Source: Gemmatimonadota bacterium (lineage in GTDB: Bacteria; 4572-55; J002). Taken from it: 50,755 nt of DNA. This document shows, in pieces, positions 1 through 10,200 of this stretch. The notes beneath the pieces are model-generated. The model ran no database searches, was not told the origin of the DNA, and saw only the letters and a program-made list of their open reading frames with translations. A program made the translations under genes and the position numbers. The number at the start of each line of letters is the position of its first letter. Positions within the stretch are counted from its first letter, which is position 1. The stretch spans positions 1 through 50,755 of the forward strand of contig RFFQ01000102.1 in NCBI GenBank assembly GCA_003697105.1. The letters run 5' to 3'.

Positions 1-31
1 ATTTGACGCCATATTTTTTACACCACGGTTT

Positions 32-1435
32 CTATGATTTTTCAACGGGATGGATTGGATTCAGGTTGTATTTTTGTACTTTTTGCCAGAAATTTTTCCA
101 ATCCATTTTTGCTCGACGTGCCGCCTCGCGCATATTTCCATTGGATGCTTGTAGCGCTTGTTGGATATAACCCCGTTCAAATTGAATTTTGGCTTCTTTG
201 AACGGGAGTAATTCCGCAGTTACCGGAGAGGTGGCGGCGACTTCTGGTTTAAGCGGTTCTTCCGCAAACCCGAGGTCTGGGGCATCAATCATGAGGGATT
301 CAGTCATTAAAATCGCTTTTTGAATCATGTTTTCGAGTTCCCGCACATTTCCGTGCCACGGGTGATGGATCAGATGGTGCATTGCCCGTGGGGTAAACTC
401 CCGGACGGGTTTGCCCATCTGCTCGCTGTAAATCTTTAGGAAGTGTGTTGCCAAGATGGGAATATCGGTCGGTCGCTCACGGAGCGGAGGAACGCGAATG
501 GTGATCACATTGAGCCGGTAGTAGAGGTCTTCCCGGAAGCGACCCGCGGAGACTTCTTCTTTCAACCGGCGGTTGGTTGCCGCAATAAACCGGACATCCA
601 CTTTGATGGGTTGTGCCGAACCGACGCGTCGAATTTCATTTTCCTGAATTGTGCGGAGCAACTTCACTTGCATGTTGATGTTCATCTCGCCAATTTCATC
701 CAAAAAGACCGTCCCGCCGTTACTATTTTCGATGATGCCGATGGAGTGGCGATCCGCGCCGGTAAATGCCCCTTTGACGTACCCGAACAGCTCGCTTTCA
801 AACAACGTATCCGGTAATGCCCCACAATTGACGGGGATAAACGGCATTTTAGAGCGGGCACTCAACTGGTGAATTGAGCGGGCGACCAGTTCTTTGCCCA
901 CCCCGCTTTCACCTTCAATCACGACCGGTACATCTGTTTGGGAAACAACTTCTATCTGTTTGAAGACATTCTGAATTGCTGGACTTTTGCCAATAATCAT
1001 CTGCTCCAGACCGCTTTTTTGTAGTTGCAGTTTGAGCAATGCCACTTGCCGCTCTAATTTTCCGGTTCGTAGGAGTCGCTGGGCGCGGGCTTTGATTTCT
1101 TTGAGTTCAAAGGGCTTGGAAATATAGTCATCAATACCGTATTGCAACAATTCCACCGCATGGGCGATGTTTCCATGAGCGGTAATCAACAATGTGCCGG
1201 TATAGGGCGAGCTATCGTGAACCTGCTTCAGGATTTCATCCCCGGAAATATGGGGTAGTTTGTAGTCCGAAATAACGATGTCGTACACGTCCTGATTGAC
1301 CTTTTTCAAACCCTCTTTGCCGTCGGCGGCGGTATGAACTTCGTATTTTTCAAAGGTAAATAGGTCCTTAAGGGTATCCAGAATATCGGGATCATCTTCA
1401 ATGATTAACAATTTCGGGGTATGTGGTTTCATCAC
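32..1435 (-). CDS. Sigma54-dependent response regulator (REC-AAA+-Fis HTH; NtrC/AtoC/PilR family)
   Basis: Receiver (IIEDD...ISDYKLP...SKPF), Walker A GESGVGKE, intact GAFTGA loop, Walker B VFLDEIG, REDLYYRL, WHGNVRELEN, C-terminal HTH (GNMREAARRA). Confidence 0.95.
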   Translation of the reverse strand: MMKPHTPKLLIIEDDPDILDTLKDLFTFEKYEVHTAADGKEGLKKVNQDVYDIVISDYKLPHISGDEILKQVHDSSPYTGTLLITAHGNIAHAVELLQYGIDDYISKPFELKEIKARAQRLLRTGKLERQVALLKLQLQKSGLEQMIIGKSPAIQNVFKQIEVVSQTDVPVVIEGESGVGKELVARSIHQLSARSKMPFIPVNCGALPDTLFESELFGYVKGAFTGADRHSIGIIENSNGGTVFLDEIGEMNINMQVKLLRTIQENEIRRVGSAQPIKVDVRFIAATNRRLKEEVSAGRFREDLYYRLNVITIRVPPLRERPTDIPILATHFLKIYSEQMGKPVREFTPRAMHHLIHHPWHGNVRELENMIQKAILMTESLMIDAPDLGFAEEPLKPEVAATSPVTAELLPFKEAKIQFERGYIQQALQASNGNMREAARRAKMDWKNFWQKVQKYNLNPIHPVEKS

Positions 1436-4083
1436 CGGTTGTCTCCGTTGGTAGCGTGGTTTTCAGTGGGTTGGTAAGGGAAACGAATCGTAAAGGTGGT
1501 GCCTTCATGTTCTTTGCTAGTGAGGGTGATCGTGCCCTGATGTAGCTCGACCCCTTGCTGAATGATGGTCAAGCCTAAGCCGGTACCGCTAATTGTGCCG
1601 ACATTTTCGCCGCGATAAAAAGACTCAAATAGTTTTTCCTGATCGGCTTCCGGGATGCCGATCCCCTCATCCGTGACCGAGAGCCGCACATCTTCCCCTT
1701 CCCGGGCGAGGGTGAGATAGATGGATGTGCCGGATTCTGAGTACTTTATGGCATTGGAAAGCAGATTGGCAATGATGTGGTGCATTAGGTTTTCGTCAAC
1801 GTAAGCTTGGCTGAGTTCTCCGGTAGCTTCATAATGCAGGTGGTGATTTTTGCCTTGCGTCAACTGAAATTCGTGTACCAAACTTTCACCCAGTTCTGCC
1901 AGATCGATTCGTTTTGGCTTAAATTCCAGTTTACCGGCTTCGGCGCGACCCACCAGCAAGACTTGTTCTAGGAGGCGGGTAATATAGTTGACCGATTTCC
2001 GAATCCGGTTGAAGTACTTTGTCTTTTTCGCCGCATCCATTTGGTCGGCGTATTCTTCCAAGACATCGTTGGCGGCAGAAATAGCGGTTAATGGTGTGCG
2101 GAATTCGTGAGATGCTAAGGAGACAAAGCGGGTTTTTAACTGGCTCAGTTCTTTTTCCTTTTTCAGTGCTTCATTTAATTCGCGGGTGCGTTCTGCCACT
2201 TTTTTTTCCAGTTCTGCGGCGAAGGATTTTAGCGCTTCTTGTGCCTGTTTTTGCTCGGTAACATCCCGATTTAGCCCGATATTGCCGATCCAGTTGCCGT
2301 TGTTGTCATACAGGCGGGAGATCACGCTGTAGGTGATGCGGTGTTGCCCGGATTTGGTAATCACCGGTAATTCGCCTTCCCAAACACCCTCTCGATTCAA
2401 GCCTTCAAAGATGCGACGGGTGATGTCAGCGGCTTGATCCGGTGGATTCAGAAATTCGCACGTCCGGTTTAGCATTTCTGCTCGCGACCAGCCGTAAAGC
2501 CGCTCAGTGGCGGGGTTCAGGTCCACGGTGACGCCGTTGAGATCACTGATAATCACGGCTTCATTAATGCTTTCATAGACAAAATTTCGGAGTCGGAGCC
2601 GTTCCTCGATTCGTTTCCGTTCGGTAATGTCACGGATAATCCCAATAGTGCCAATGGGTTGTGGTTTGTTCCCCGGGGATATATTGGGGTCGTATAAAGG
2701 GCGGGTAATGACTTCGCCGTATTTCTGATTGGATTCAAGGGCATCTACATGGGTTTCTCGGGAGGCTTCTTCCGTCAATAACCGGATTTCAACGTGGCGT
2801 GATGCTTCTTCGGATTGCGCCGGTGAGTCTGTCACCAGTTTTGAGGCATCTTGGGGATGAATGAGCGTTGTGATTGGTTGCCCGATCAATTGTGCCGGCG
2901 AAAATCCCAGTTGCTCGACCGCGCGGTTGATAAAGGTAATCCGGTGGTCACAATCTACCCGGTAAACAATATCCGGTAGGGTTTCCATCAAGGTTTTATA
3001 CTTTTCTTCACTGGATCGCAAGGCGTGATCGGCGGACTCTAAATCTGCCAACATCCGGTTGATGGAATCTGCCAAGGCTTGTAGCTCATCCCCGCCGCTC
3101 ATGTGAATCCGGGCGGATAAATCTTGGCGGGTACCGATCTGGGTCACTTGTTGGGTCAGATTCAGGAGCCGGGAGAGCACGAATTTTTCCAAAATCACGT
3201 AGATGGCGATCAAAAATGTGACAATGACAACTGCCAGAGACCACAAAAAATAGCGGATTGCTTGCCGGGTTTGTTGGTAAATAGTCCGCAAGCTATCCAC
3301 TCGTAAGATCAAGCTAGGGTTGCCTTGAATATCCTCCAACAAGATATATCCCCCCAGTGCGACACCATAAAGGGGGTGGACGAAGATCGCGGTACGGTCG
3401 TTTAAAAGCGCCTGTTTTGCCTGCCGGAAATCATCTGGAATCAAAACATCATCCACCGGATAGATCGAAAGGGTGGTCAGCGTTTCTGCCGAAAAGCGGT
3501 CTATCACCGGCTCGGTCAAAACGCGCCCAAGCATCAGGGTGCCGCGGATTGGACCTTCGTCTTCACTGGTGATGATCGGGCGAGATGCTACCATCAGGGG
3601 AGTGTTGTTGTTCGATACAAAGCCGGCAACGCTACTTTGTGGGTTTGAGTGGTCGAGTAATACGGGATTCCGTACCAACAAGGTTTGGAGCAATGACTCG
3701 TCTAGCGGAATTTCGGTTGAATCGATCAAATCATAGGCTTTTCCGGCGACCAGAGACAAATTTTCGTCCAGAATCAACAGGAAATTGAGTCGAGACCCCG
3801 TGAACGTTTGATCCACTAGGTTGGAGGCGACATATTCGGGATTATGATCGTGCACAAATTGGTAAGTATCATCCCATGCGGCCCAATCATACGCCAAACG
3901 GTTCAAGTTCTCGACCTCTTCTTGAAGGGTTTTAGCGACCCGTTGCACGTTTCGTCGGGTGATCTGCCGTTCGACTTCTTCAAAATTTTGGATGATGATC
4001 GTCTGTGCCGAAAAATAAAGTATGACCAGTAATGCGGTGAGGGTCAAACTGACAATCAAAAATGTTTTGCGATGAAGGCTCAT
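1432..4083 (-). CDS. Membrane sensor histidine kinase (TM-CHASE4-TM-HAMP-2xPAS-HisKA-HATPase)
   Basis: CHASE4 motif DWAAWDDTYQFV, HAMP (DELQALADSINRML), two PAS/PAC ends (RDITERK, RDVTEQK), H-box SHEFRTPL, NLLSNAIKYS, DEGIGI, GTGLGL. Overlaps the regulator start by 4 nt. Confidence 0.93.
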   Translation of the reverse strand: MSLHRKTFLIVSLTLTALLVILYFSAQTIIIQNFEEVERQITRRNVQRVAKTLQEEVENLNRLAYDWAAWDDTYQFVHDHNPEYVASNLVDQTFTGSRLNFLLILDENLSLVAGKAYDLIDSTEIPLDESLLQTLLVRNPVLLDHSNPQSSVAGFVSNNNTPLMVASRPIITSEDEGPIRGTLMLGRVLTEPVIDRFSAETLTTLSIYPVDDVLIPDDFRQAKQALLNDRTAIFVHPLYGVALGGYILLEDIQGNPSLILRVDSLRTIYQQTRQAIRYFLWSLAVVIVTFLIAIYVILEKFVLSRLLNLTQQVTQIGTRQDLSARIHMSGGDELQALADSINRMLADLESADHALRSSEEKYKTLMETLPDIVYRVDCDHRITFINRAVEQLGFSPAQLIGQPITTLIHPQDASKLVTDSPAQSEEASRHVEIRLLTEEASRETHVDALESNQKYGEVITRPLYDPNISPGNKPQPIGTIGIIRDITERKRIEERLRLRNFVYESINEAVIISDLNGVTVDLNPATERLYGWSRAEMLNRTCEFLNPPDQAADITRRIFEGLNREGVWEGELPVITKSGQHRITYSVISRLYDNNGNWIGNIGLNRDVTEQKQAQEALKSFAAELEKKVAERTRELNEALKKEKELSQLKTRFVSLASHEFRTPLTAISAANDVLEEYADQMDAAKKTKYFNRIRKSVNYITRLLEQVLLVGRAEAGKLEFKPKRIDLAELGESLVHEFQLTQGKNHHLHYEATGELSQAYVDENLMHHIIANLLSNAIKYSESGTSIYLTLAREGEDVRLSVTDEGIGIPEADQEKLFESFYRGENVGTISGTGLGLTIIQQGVELHQGTITLTSKEHEGTTFTIRFPYQPTENHATNGDNR

Positions 4084-4125
4084 GCACGTTTACTATGGGT
4101 TGCTTTACTGAATGCAAGAATTGAG

Positions 4126-4572
4126 TTACTCACCGGTTGTTTCGCTGGGTGGTGCCATATCGAGATAGCTACCGTCAAACGGTTCGAGACCGAGGTCGGT
4201 CACCAGTAACTTACCGGTGGATTCGTCCACAACAATATCAAGCCGTCCTTGATACCGCTTACCATTACGGGTCATATCCTGTATTGCCCATTGGTACACT
4301 GTCCAATTATCCACTTCTACATTATCGGATCCTAAATACATAAACTGGATGTTCTGAGCAGATTCTAGCTTTTCCTGCAAATCGGCGAAAGCTTCTTTAT
4401 CGGCATCTTTTCCGAGGAGTGTTTTGGCTTGGTCAAACGCTTGTTCTGCTAATACCAATCGGGCAAATTTTTGCACCCGATTTTCGGCCGATTTTTTTGC
4501 GGAGAACATTTCACAGCCAATGGTACTTCCCAGTAGGGCTAACATTAGGCTAAGGATTAGATACGGTCTCAT
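4126..4572 (-). CDS. Hypothetical lipoprotein
   Basis: Start moved to ATG 4572 (SD GAGGAG); signal peptide MRPYLILSLMLALLGSTIG-C with lipobox. Confidence 0.7.
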   Translation of the reverse strand: MRPYLILSLMLALLGSTIGCEMFSAKKSAENRVQKFARLVLAEQAFDQAKTLLGKDADKEAFADLQEKLESAQNIQFMYLGSDNVEVDNWTVYQWAIQDMTRNGKRYQGRLDIVVDESTGKLLVTDLGLEPFDGSYLDMAPPSETTGE

Positions 4573-4622
4573 AGGGAACTCCTCAAGCGGGTTGAAGTGT
4601 TGAATACGCGGGATATGCCATA

Positions 4623-4652
4623 AGCATAACTGCCATCCGGCATATCTGTCAA
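4623..4652 (-). promoter_or_regulatory. Putative sigma70 promoter for the lipoprotein-kinase-regulator unit
   Basis: Minus strand TTGACA (4652-4647), 18 nt spacer, TATGCT (4628-4623), about 50 nt upstream of ATG 4572. Confidence 0.5.
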
Positions 4653-4671
4653 TTTTTATTTGTTGGTACAC

Positions 4672-4708
4672 AAATGCCCGGCAGAACCCTTTGCTCTACC
4701 GGGCATTT
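4672..4708 (-). terminator. Hairpin, probable terminator of the minor-pilin operon
   Basis: Minus strand AAATGCCCGGTAGAG-loop-TTCTGCCGGGCATTT, about 30 nt after the pilX-like stop; U-tail is short. Confidence 0.55.
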
Positions 4709-4739
4709 CCCCGTACCTATCATTTGATACCGGTAAATA

Positions 4740-7157
4740 TTAGTGTTCCAGATATTGTAAGATATTTACTTTACTGTCGCCGGGGAACAGTTGAACAATC
4801 GTTTCAATTTCGCGGGTGGTTTGGTCGCGGGGATTGGTGTAGTGGGCGGATAGGGCAATTTTAGAACCACCGACATTATTGAATTGATAGACTTGTACTT
4901 CCTGATTGATACTACCGGTACGGCGAGCATCGGCGCCATTATTGGTTGCCCCAATCACCTCTTGGTAGCCATCACCGTTCAAGTCGGTCACCAGCATTCT
5001 ATTGCCGAATCCACGTTTATTTCCGGTCTGGTTGGGTCCGCAATTGGCACCGTCGGAATCGCAAGGATATAGAGTTAAACTCCCGACACTCTTTAATTTG
5101 CCATCAGCCGTTGATCCAAAGGCGGCGAATCCGGCGGCAGTACCATCGTATGATGTCCCGCTGGCAATTTCCAAACCGGGGATTTCGGGGTCCATCTCCA
5201 CAAAAACAGGCGTTCCGTTGATTCCGCCGGGAACACCCAAATCGATGCGGTAGGAAATCGGTCGATCTTCTCCATTGGGTTTAATTGCGTACCGGTAGTG
5301 CCCTTGATGATCTTTTTTCACATTATTGTTGGAGTAAAAATAGGTTGCTGTGAGGGCATCCTGCCAATCCAGATTTGCCCAATCCGCGCCTTTGTAATCA
5401 GCGGAGCTGGATTTTAAGTGCCGCTCAAAGGCGACATTGACCACGTAGAGCAAACCGGCGGAGGTCTGGATCATGATTTCCAGTAAGTCTTCCGGTACTT
5501 CTTGGGGGTCTCGATTGCCCACACCCGGCGGATGCTGTGCAAATAACTGTCCCGGGTCCACCGTGTTATCGGCATTGGCAGCGGCGGGCCACAAGGGAAT
5601 CCGGATATCATCTGCCACGTGGACATCCGTATCGTTTTTGTCGCCGTCCCAGTTGAGGTCGGCATCCAGAGCGACCTCATTCAAGACCATATCTTGATCG
5701 TCTAAGACTACCGCATGAGTGGAGGCTTCGTAGGAACGACCTCCAAACTGGGAACCGGAGTTAAAGGTGGCAATGATTTCCAAATCACCGTCACCGTCCA
5801 AATCCCAACTGGTCATGTGGTTATCCCCCACGAAGTCATCACTGGTATTGACCCGGTCGGGTATCAGATTACCGTTACCATCGGTCAGGAGCGAGCCATC
5901 CCCATCGGCTTGAGTTTGCAACCCGACCCGATACGTCCAACGGGGTTCTCGAAGATTCCACGGATTGGGGTCTGCCCCGTCATAACAGTGAATAAAATGT
6001 CCGTCATTAACAATAATATCACTCACACCGTCCCCCGTTACATCAGCAACGACTGGTTTTGCCACAAAATGTCCCCGTGAGGAAGAGGCATTACCGACAT
6101 CATCCGGGTGAATTTGCCCGCTTCCGTAGGTTTTGGCATTAATAACACCTAATGACGTCATGGTACCATCGCTGTTTTTCGAGAGAATTTCCAGTGAATT
6201 GCCGGAGGGGACGATCAGCTCATCGCCGGGTATGGAGGCATCAACGTTCCCGACTTCCAAATCCCACCAACTGGGTTGGGATGAATTTATTTGATAGGAT
6301 GCTGAAAGAATCGGGGGTTCCGTGCTATTCAAGCGGGTGTAAACATAAACATTTGTTCCATTATCACCGGTATCTTTAAAGATCAGGTCTTCGGCACCAT
6401 CTCCATCGATATCCGGTAATATTTCTTTAATCGAGCCGTCGGAAAGCATTACTTTTTTGGTCACAAAATTGCCTCGAATATCGGGGTTGCCCGGTACATC
6501 TAACCAAGGGTCGCCAATTTGTTCCAGATTATAGCACCCATCCGGACCTTGTTTAAACACATACTTCCGAATTTCCCCTTCGCTGGATGCCACCAAAATG
6601 GCTTTGTAGCAGGTGGACGGGCGATTGATGTCTTCACATTCATCGATCACAATCGGCGCTGTGAAAATATTCCCATATACCTGAGAGACATCATCCATGC
6701 AAGCATTTGTTGCGGTTTTTGCGACGGTCCCTTGAATACCCATTAAGCCCACCCAAATGGTATCATTCACACCATCTGATCCGGTGAGAACAATTTCCAG
6801 GGTATCCGGCGTGGGGGAGCCATATTCATCATTGCCCAGTAAACTTTCGTACAATTCGGTAACGCCATAAAATTCTTTATCCGTGACGGGGTCGGTATCT
6901 TTGGTTAGGGGATGGGGGTAGGTTTCATCACCGTACATAATCAAGCGAATGGCTTCTTCGATACCGGCTTCGGCGGTGTAGTAGGCTTGTGCCCCTTTGG
7001 CTTGATTATCCGCAATCCGGCTTTCGGTAGAGGTCATCATCAAAAATGCGGTCGCTAACAGAGAAAGGATAATCATAAACAGCAGAGCCATGACCAGCGC
7101 GGAGCCGCTTTCCTGAGAAACATACCAATGCGTCTTTCGCGAATGAGTCCATCTCAT
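4740..7157 (-). CDS. PilX-like minor pilin with FG-GAP/VCBS beta-propeller
   Basis: Start at ATG 7157 (SD AAGGAG). Class III signal QESG|SALVMALLF lacking Glu5, as in PilX/GspK; PilX_N motif QAYYTAEAGIEEA; about 7 Ca-binding FG-GAP-type motifs (DIDGDGAEDLIF, DVTGDGVSDIIV, DLDGDGDLEIIA, DLNGDGYQEVIG). Confidence 0.85.
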   Translation of the reverse strand: MRWTHSRKTHWYVSQESGSALVMALLFMIILSLLATAFLMMTSTESRIADNQAKGAQAYYTAEAGIEEAIRLIMYGDETYPHPLTKDTDPVTDKEFYGVTELYESLLGNDEYGSPTPDTLEIVLTGSDGVNDTIWVGLMGIQGTVAKTATNACMDDVSQVYGNIFTAPIVIDECEDINRPSTCYKAILVASSEGEIRKYVFKQGPDGCYNLEQIGDPWLDVPGNPDIRGNFVTKKVMLSDGSIKEILPDIDGDGAEDLIFKDTGDNGTNVYVYTRLNSTEPPILSASYQINSSQPSWWDLEVGNVDASIPGDELIVPSGNSLEILSKNSDGTMTSLGVINAKTYGSGQIHPDDVGNASSSRGHFVAKPVVADVTGDGVSDIIVNDGHFIHCYDGADPNPWNLREPRWTYRVGLQTQADGDGSLLTDGNGNLIPDRVNTSDDFVGDNHMTSWDLDGDGDLEIIATFNSGSQFGGRSYEASTHAVVLDDQDMVLNEVALDADLNWDGDKNDTDVHVADDIRIPLWPAAANADNTVDPGQLFAQHPPGVGNRDPQEVPEDLLEIMIQTSAGLLYVVNVAFERHLKSSSADYKGADWANLDWQDALTATYFYSNNNVKKDHQGHYRYAIKPNGEDRPISYRIDLGVPGGINGTPVFVEMDPEIPGLEIASGTSYDGTAAGFAAFGSTADGKLKSVGSLTLYPCDSDGANCGPNQTGNKRGFGNRMLVTDLNGDGYQEVIGATNNGADARRTGSINQEVQVYQFNNVGGSKIALSAHYTNPRDQTTREIETIVQLFPGDSKVNILQYLEH

Positions 7158-7238
7158 GTCTCTTCTCCTTAAACACTTCGGGTATTGGCAGGGTTGAAGG
7201 GCAAACACTTTGTTTGCCCCATTTTATTAATTTTCCGT

Positions 7239-10200
7239 TTAGCGACAGGTGATAATCGCTACATAATTATTAGATTGGTTATCTTTCAAGCCAGGTAACT
7301 CAACCAATTCACCCATGTTATAATCATTGGCAAAAAGATAATATACATCGCCTGAAACACCCAGCTCATCGGGGAGCAAGTTCCAATTGCTTAACCATGA
7401 GGGGGTGTTTGCGTCCTGAGGTTTGGCGACAATTACCGTGATGTTTCGATCGGCGGTGAATTCGATCAACGTGGTATTCCAATGAACATTTGCGTCTGAA
7501 TTGGCGGTTTTAATCCACAGCCCATCTCGAACCGATGCCGGCATGGAGGTCACCCGGTAATTGAAGTCGTCAATGTAGATGGAACTTCCCGTGAGCATAT
7601 TTGCCGTATAATATGGCATCGGGTAGGACGACCCCGGTGATAAATCTGTGTACGAAATTTGATCCGTACAATTTTCATCCCGTGGAACCGGACAGACCCA
7701 GAAATTTTTGAACTGGACTTTCGATCGGTCCCCGTTTTTAAGACCAATAATGGAGGCATCAATATTCATTGTGTCCCCGACGACGATCATCCAGCCGGGT
7801 TCAGCGACGCCTTCTTCCCACGCTTTGGCGTATAAACGTTCCCCTTGCACCCGTAGTTTGATGAAATACCATGTGTTTAGTAAGGATTCATCCGGCATAT
7901 CTGCCATGTTTGCCAGACCGACGTTCCAATCCGAGGAACCCAATGTTCCGGAAAAGGTATCTTCGGACATCAGGAACATTTTATCCTTGGTAAAGAGCAA
8001 GGAGTTGAAATCGTAGTTGGTATAATCGTTGTACCGGAAGATAATCCCAACCCCATCTTTGGGTAAATCAGAGCGGCTGTTGGGAGAATTGGTGATACGC
8101 ATCATGGTACGGATTTCATACCCGTCGCTGGTCAGTGGGGTCGAAAAGGTATAAATATCGTTCGACCCACTATACCGGTTGGAGTAATAGGTGCTATCCG
8201 CTGGATTGGTTGACCACCAACTATCATTGGATTCCGTAAAGCCCAACGGCGTGCTTCCGCTGGTGAAATCATCGTGATAGATATACGGTGTACACCACAT
8301 ATCTTTTTCTGTAGGGATGGCGCCTCCATCATCTTCATAACTGGCGGGGCAAATGACAAAGTCATCCACCAGAATGTAGCCTCTATTAGGGTCACTTCCA
8401 CTGGCAGCGGCATAAATCCCTGGGGAACCGGTCAAAATCCGGTCATCGTAAGTCTCCAGAATCCAGGAGCCGGGTTCACCTAAGCCCTCGCGCCACCATT
8501 TTGCCTGATGTCGCTGTACCGGGATACCGTTTTTCTCCGTCCGGGTGACTTTGTATTTTACCCAATACCATTCGCCATTAACCGGTACAAAATCTTGCCG
8601 GTACCGGTCACCGGACTCATTTTGGTTATTTGCGTTTGTCCACGATCCATTGACCCGGCCTCGAATTTGGGCATAATTGCTTTCAAAAACTAAGCGCCAG
8701 AAATTATTTTCATCTTCATAACCAAAAATCAGCCCTTTGTAAGAGGATTCTTCTGGGAATTGGATTCGGGCTTTAATGTAGTATTCATCCCCCACGACAC
8801 TGGGTACCCAGGCGGCACCAACGCCACCACCCCCACAGCCGGAACGGGCATGGAAGTAACCGTTACAATTATCATACGGGTCGGTTTCTACCCGCCAACC
8901 CCCGCCATTGCTACACTCAGGTTTGGAGTAATACTGCCAGTCGTCATTTGTTGCCCAGGCACTGGTAATGTACCCCTGATTAAAATCATCTACGAACAAA
9001 GGATTGTCACAGATTTGGAATTGGGGTGCTGAGGTGCCCTCCACCAATACTTGCACGGTATCTGCCGCAAAACAACCTTCTGGGTTGTAGGCGCGGACTT
9101 CTATGGTCACAAAACCGCCACAGGTCGCGGGGGGCCAGTTATAGGTCAGGGTTTCTACTCCGTTGGGAGTACCATCAAATGCCATTGTGTAGGTATCGGG
9201 GTTGCCGTCACCATCCTCATCAATACTGAAGATGAATTCCACCTCACTGACATAACTGGTACCGGAGAGGTTCACATTAATGGGGGTTGATGTCCCTTCA
9301 CTACCGCCGATAATGGGGGCATGATTCGGATACGATTCGGGTGAGGTAATTTCCACGGTGGCGGGTACACAGGGTGCCCGATAGACGAAAAAGTCATCCG
9401 CACAGCCATCCTCACCGGCGTAGATTCCGGCGGCGCCCCAGAGCAAGGCATCCGGTGCCCACGCCTGACCGGAACGCCAACTGGCGATATCATCCCACGT
9501 AATGTGATGATCCCACGAATTCCGATCCGCTGGAGGGGTACCGCTATCATCACCAGGGAACCAGACATAGATGTTGTCGTCCAACACCCGGATAGCCATG
9601 CGCCACCAGTTGAAGTATTCGCTCACGGTTGAAGGTGTCGGGTTCTCGGGATCGTAAGGGTTACCTTGCTCACCGTTAAAACTACCATCTGGGTCCATCC
9701 AATTGAGGGTCTCTAGCGTGTGGTAGGTTTCTTCGTTTTGATATTCGACCAGTAGATCCAGTGTATAACTCGTTTTGTTTTGCCGCCGGACCACCACCGC
9801 GATGTAATTGTCCCGATTTTGCAAACGGGCAATTAACCCCATTTGGTGAATACTGCCGGAATAATCTTTGTCGGGATCGCCTTTTAGACGAGCGATGACA
9901 ATGTAATCATCATTATAATCCGTCTGGTATTTTTCTTCATCTTTTACGGCTCGTCGTTCGTCGTTCCACATGCTACCGTTGTAATAATAGACCCGATTGT
10001 TACAAAAAGCGTCATTACAGGCGACGTTCGTGGGTCCGGTAGCCGGAACGCCTTTCACGTCCCAGCGGCTGCTACTGGATAGGTCGCGCCAGTCGGAAGA
10101 GCGGGGATATTGCCAAAAACTTTCCTGCCGGTCGGTGAAATTATCGGCAACAATAATATTTTCTTCTGCTACGTTCAATTCAGACCACGTGGCACCTTCA

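Noticed and set aside
4740-7157. Calling the propeller protein PilY1
   Set aside because: It has a PilX-type class III signal and FG-GAP-like blades without recognisable PilY1 motifs.
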